IMG/VR virus record: IMGVR_UViG_3300045988_161245
Location: 148,685 to 212,684 of that record
Origin: a virus
Direction: 5' to 3' (one strand)
Length of the DNA: 64,000 nt
A program made the position numbers and the translations under genes. The notes under the pieces were generated by a model. It had not been told where the DNA came from and did not search any database. It worked only from the letters and a program-made list of their open reading frames with translations. Positions 63,118 through 64,000 of this stretch are shown here, one piece after another. Numbering within the stretch: position 1 is the first letter of the stretch; the number at the start of each line of letters is the position of its first letter.

Positions 63118-63914
63118 TTTTCTTCTTTCTTTCCAGTTTTATCATACCAATAATAATTAGATTTCTTCTCGTCATTCTCAGTACCTTTTTCTTTTATCCA
63201 ATGATACTGCCCTTGATCACGACAAGCCATTTTACAAGCATTTATAATAGTTGTAAAATTATTTGATTTTAACATCAATAATTCCATATCAAAAACTTTG
63301 AACTCTCTAATTAGTTCTGATTTTTCCATGTCTTTTTCAGACACCCCATAGATACATATTGTATGAGTCCACTCATAATATTCGCATTTATTGCATATAG
63401 AAATTAAGCTATTATCTTGAGTGATTCTATTAATAAATCCATTTGCAATCTTAGTCAGATATTCCTGGTTTAATGAAGAAACAACATCATCATTTATTTT
63501 GTATGTAATTTTATATGTGCCTGTTGGACCTTCACCATATTCCCCATAATACTCATTTACAGTTTTAATACCTGCAAGCATTTTAATTGGTCTTGGATTA
63601 TTAGCAACAATTCCAACTTTCTTAGCGTATTCTAATAGATTAGGATATTTATCATAGTCCCCAAATGGAATGCCGCATTGAACTGTAAAAGCAACTCTAA
63701 AAACTAACCAAGTTTGTCTCATATTTAGTTTACCACTAGAATCTATAAATACATTTTCTGTCTCTCCATTTTCGTATAGTTCCTTAATTTCATCAGGACT
63801 GTAATATTTTCTTCCATTAGAGTCGTACCATCCAATGACATCAGTGTTTCCACTATACGAGTCCATTTCATCAGTTATTATATAAATTTTATCAACAAAA
63901 TGTTTTTTTTTCAT
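63114..63914 (-). CDS. hypothetical protein
   Basis: 266-aa ORF with a 4-nt overlap with the next gene. Confidence 0.5.
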   Translation of the reverse strand: MKKKHFVDKIYIITDEMDSYSGNTDVIGWYDSNGRKYYSPDEIKELYENGETENVFIDSSGKLNMRQTWLVFRVAFTVQCGIPFGDYDKYPNLLEYAKKVGIVANNPRPIKMLAGIKTVNEYYGEYGEGPTGTYKITYKINDDVVSSLNQEYLTKIANGFINRITQDNSLISICNKCEYYEWTHTICIYGVSEKDMEKSELIREFKVFDMELLMLKSNNFTTIINACKMACRDQGQYHWIKEKGTENDEKKSNYYWYDKTGKKEEK

Positions 63915-64000
63915 TCTTTAATTCTTCCATTATTTATCTCCGATAAAAAGTTTATTTTATATCCTCAGTTACAATTTCACCATATCGCCATATAGCTACA

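Overview
This AT-rich 64-kb window looks like part of a large dsDNA phage or prophage of a low-GC Gram-positive (Clostridia-like) host. All calls rest on reading the sequence and remembered family motifs; no searches were run. A short plus-strand late/lysis block (1-3464: DUF4376-like protein, membrane protein, NlpC/P60-PG_binding-SH3 endolysin) converges on a long, tightly packed minus-strand block (3525-63914).

Reading the minus strand from high to low coordinates:
- Small hypothetical genes.
- A TerD / vWA / PspA-like / P-type Ca-ATPase / RlaP-like nucleotidyltransferase module (50736-58788).
- A non-coding leader carrying a precise mimic of the 23S rRNA GTPase-associated centre, then a tRNA-like element, directly upstream of a CCA-adding enzyme gene (48976-50726).
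- Metallophosphatases.
- A TnpB-only IS200/IS605-type element inserted into a metallophosphatase gene (about 43463-45070).
- A macro/PARG-like protein, an AAA+ ATPase and an RNA ligase.
- A roughly 4-kb almost ORF-free island (35830-40022). It holds three canonical tRNAs (Leu-TAG, Met-CAT, Gln-TTG), six tRNA-like genes with defective or missing anticodon arms, and long spacers with recognisable hairpins.
- A full replication module: PRTase, SSB-like protein, AAA_24 ATPase, DnaB-like helicase, primase, RecJ-like DHH protein, Pol III alpha, RecD-like helicase and ATP-dependent ligase.
- A class II ribonucleotide reductase split by two putative group I introns carrying LAGLIDADG and GIY-YIG homing endonucleases.
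- dUTPase, a Crh-like HPr, a divergent ThyA and a DHFR-DUF3310 fusion.
- A Tn7-like tnsA-tnsB-tnsC-tniQ module (5151-9360) with repeat-rich end sequences.

The findings I rate highest are the rRNA-GAC mimic RNA, the array of anticodon-defective tRNA-like genes, the Ter/Ca2+ module and the phage-borne Tn7-like element.
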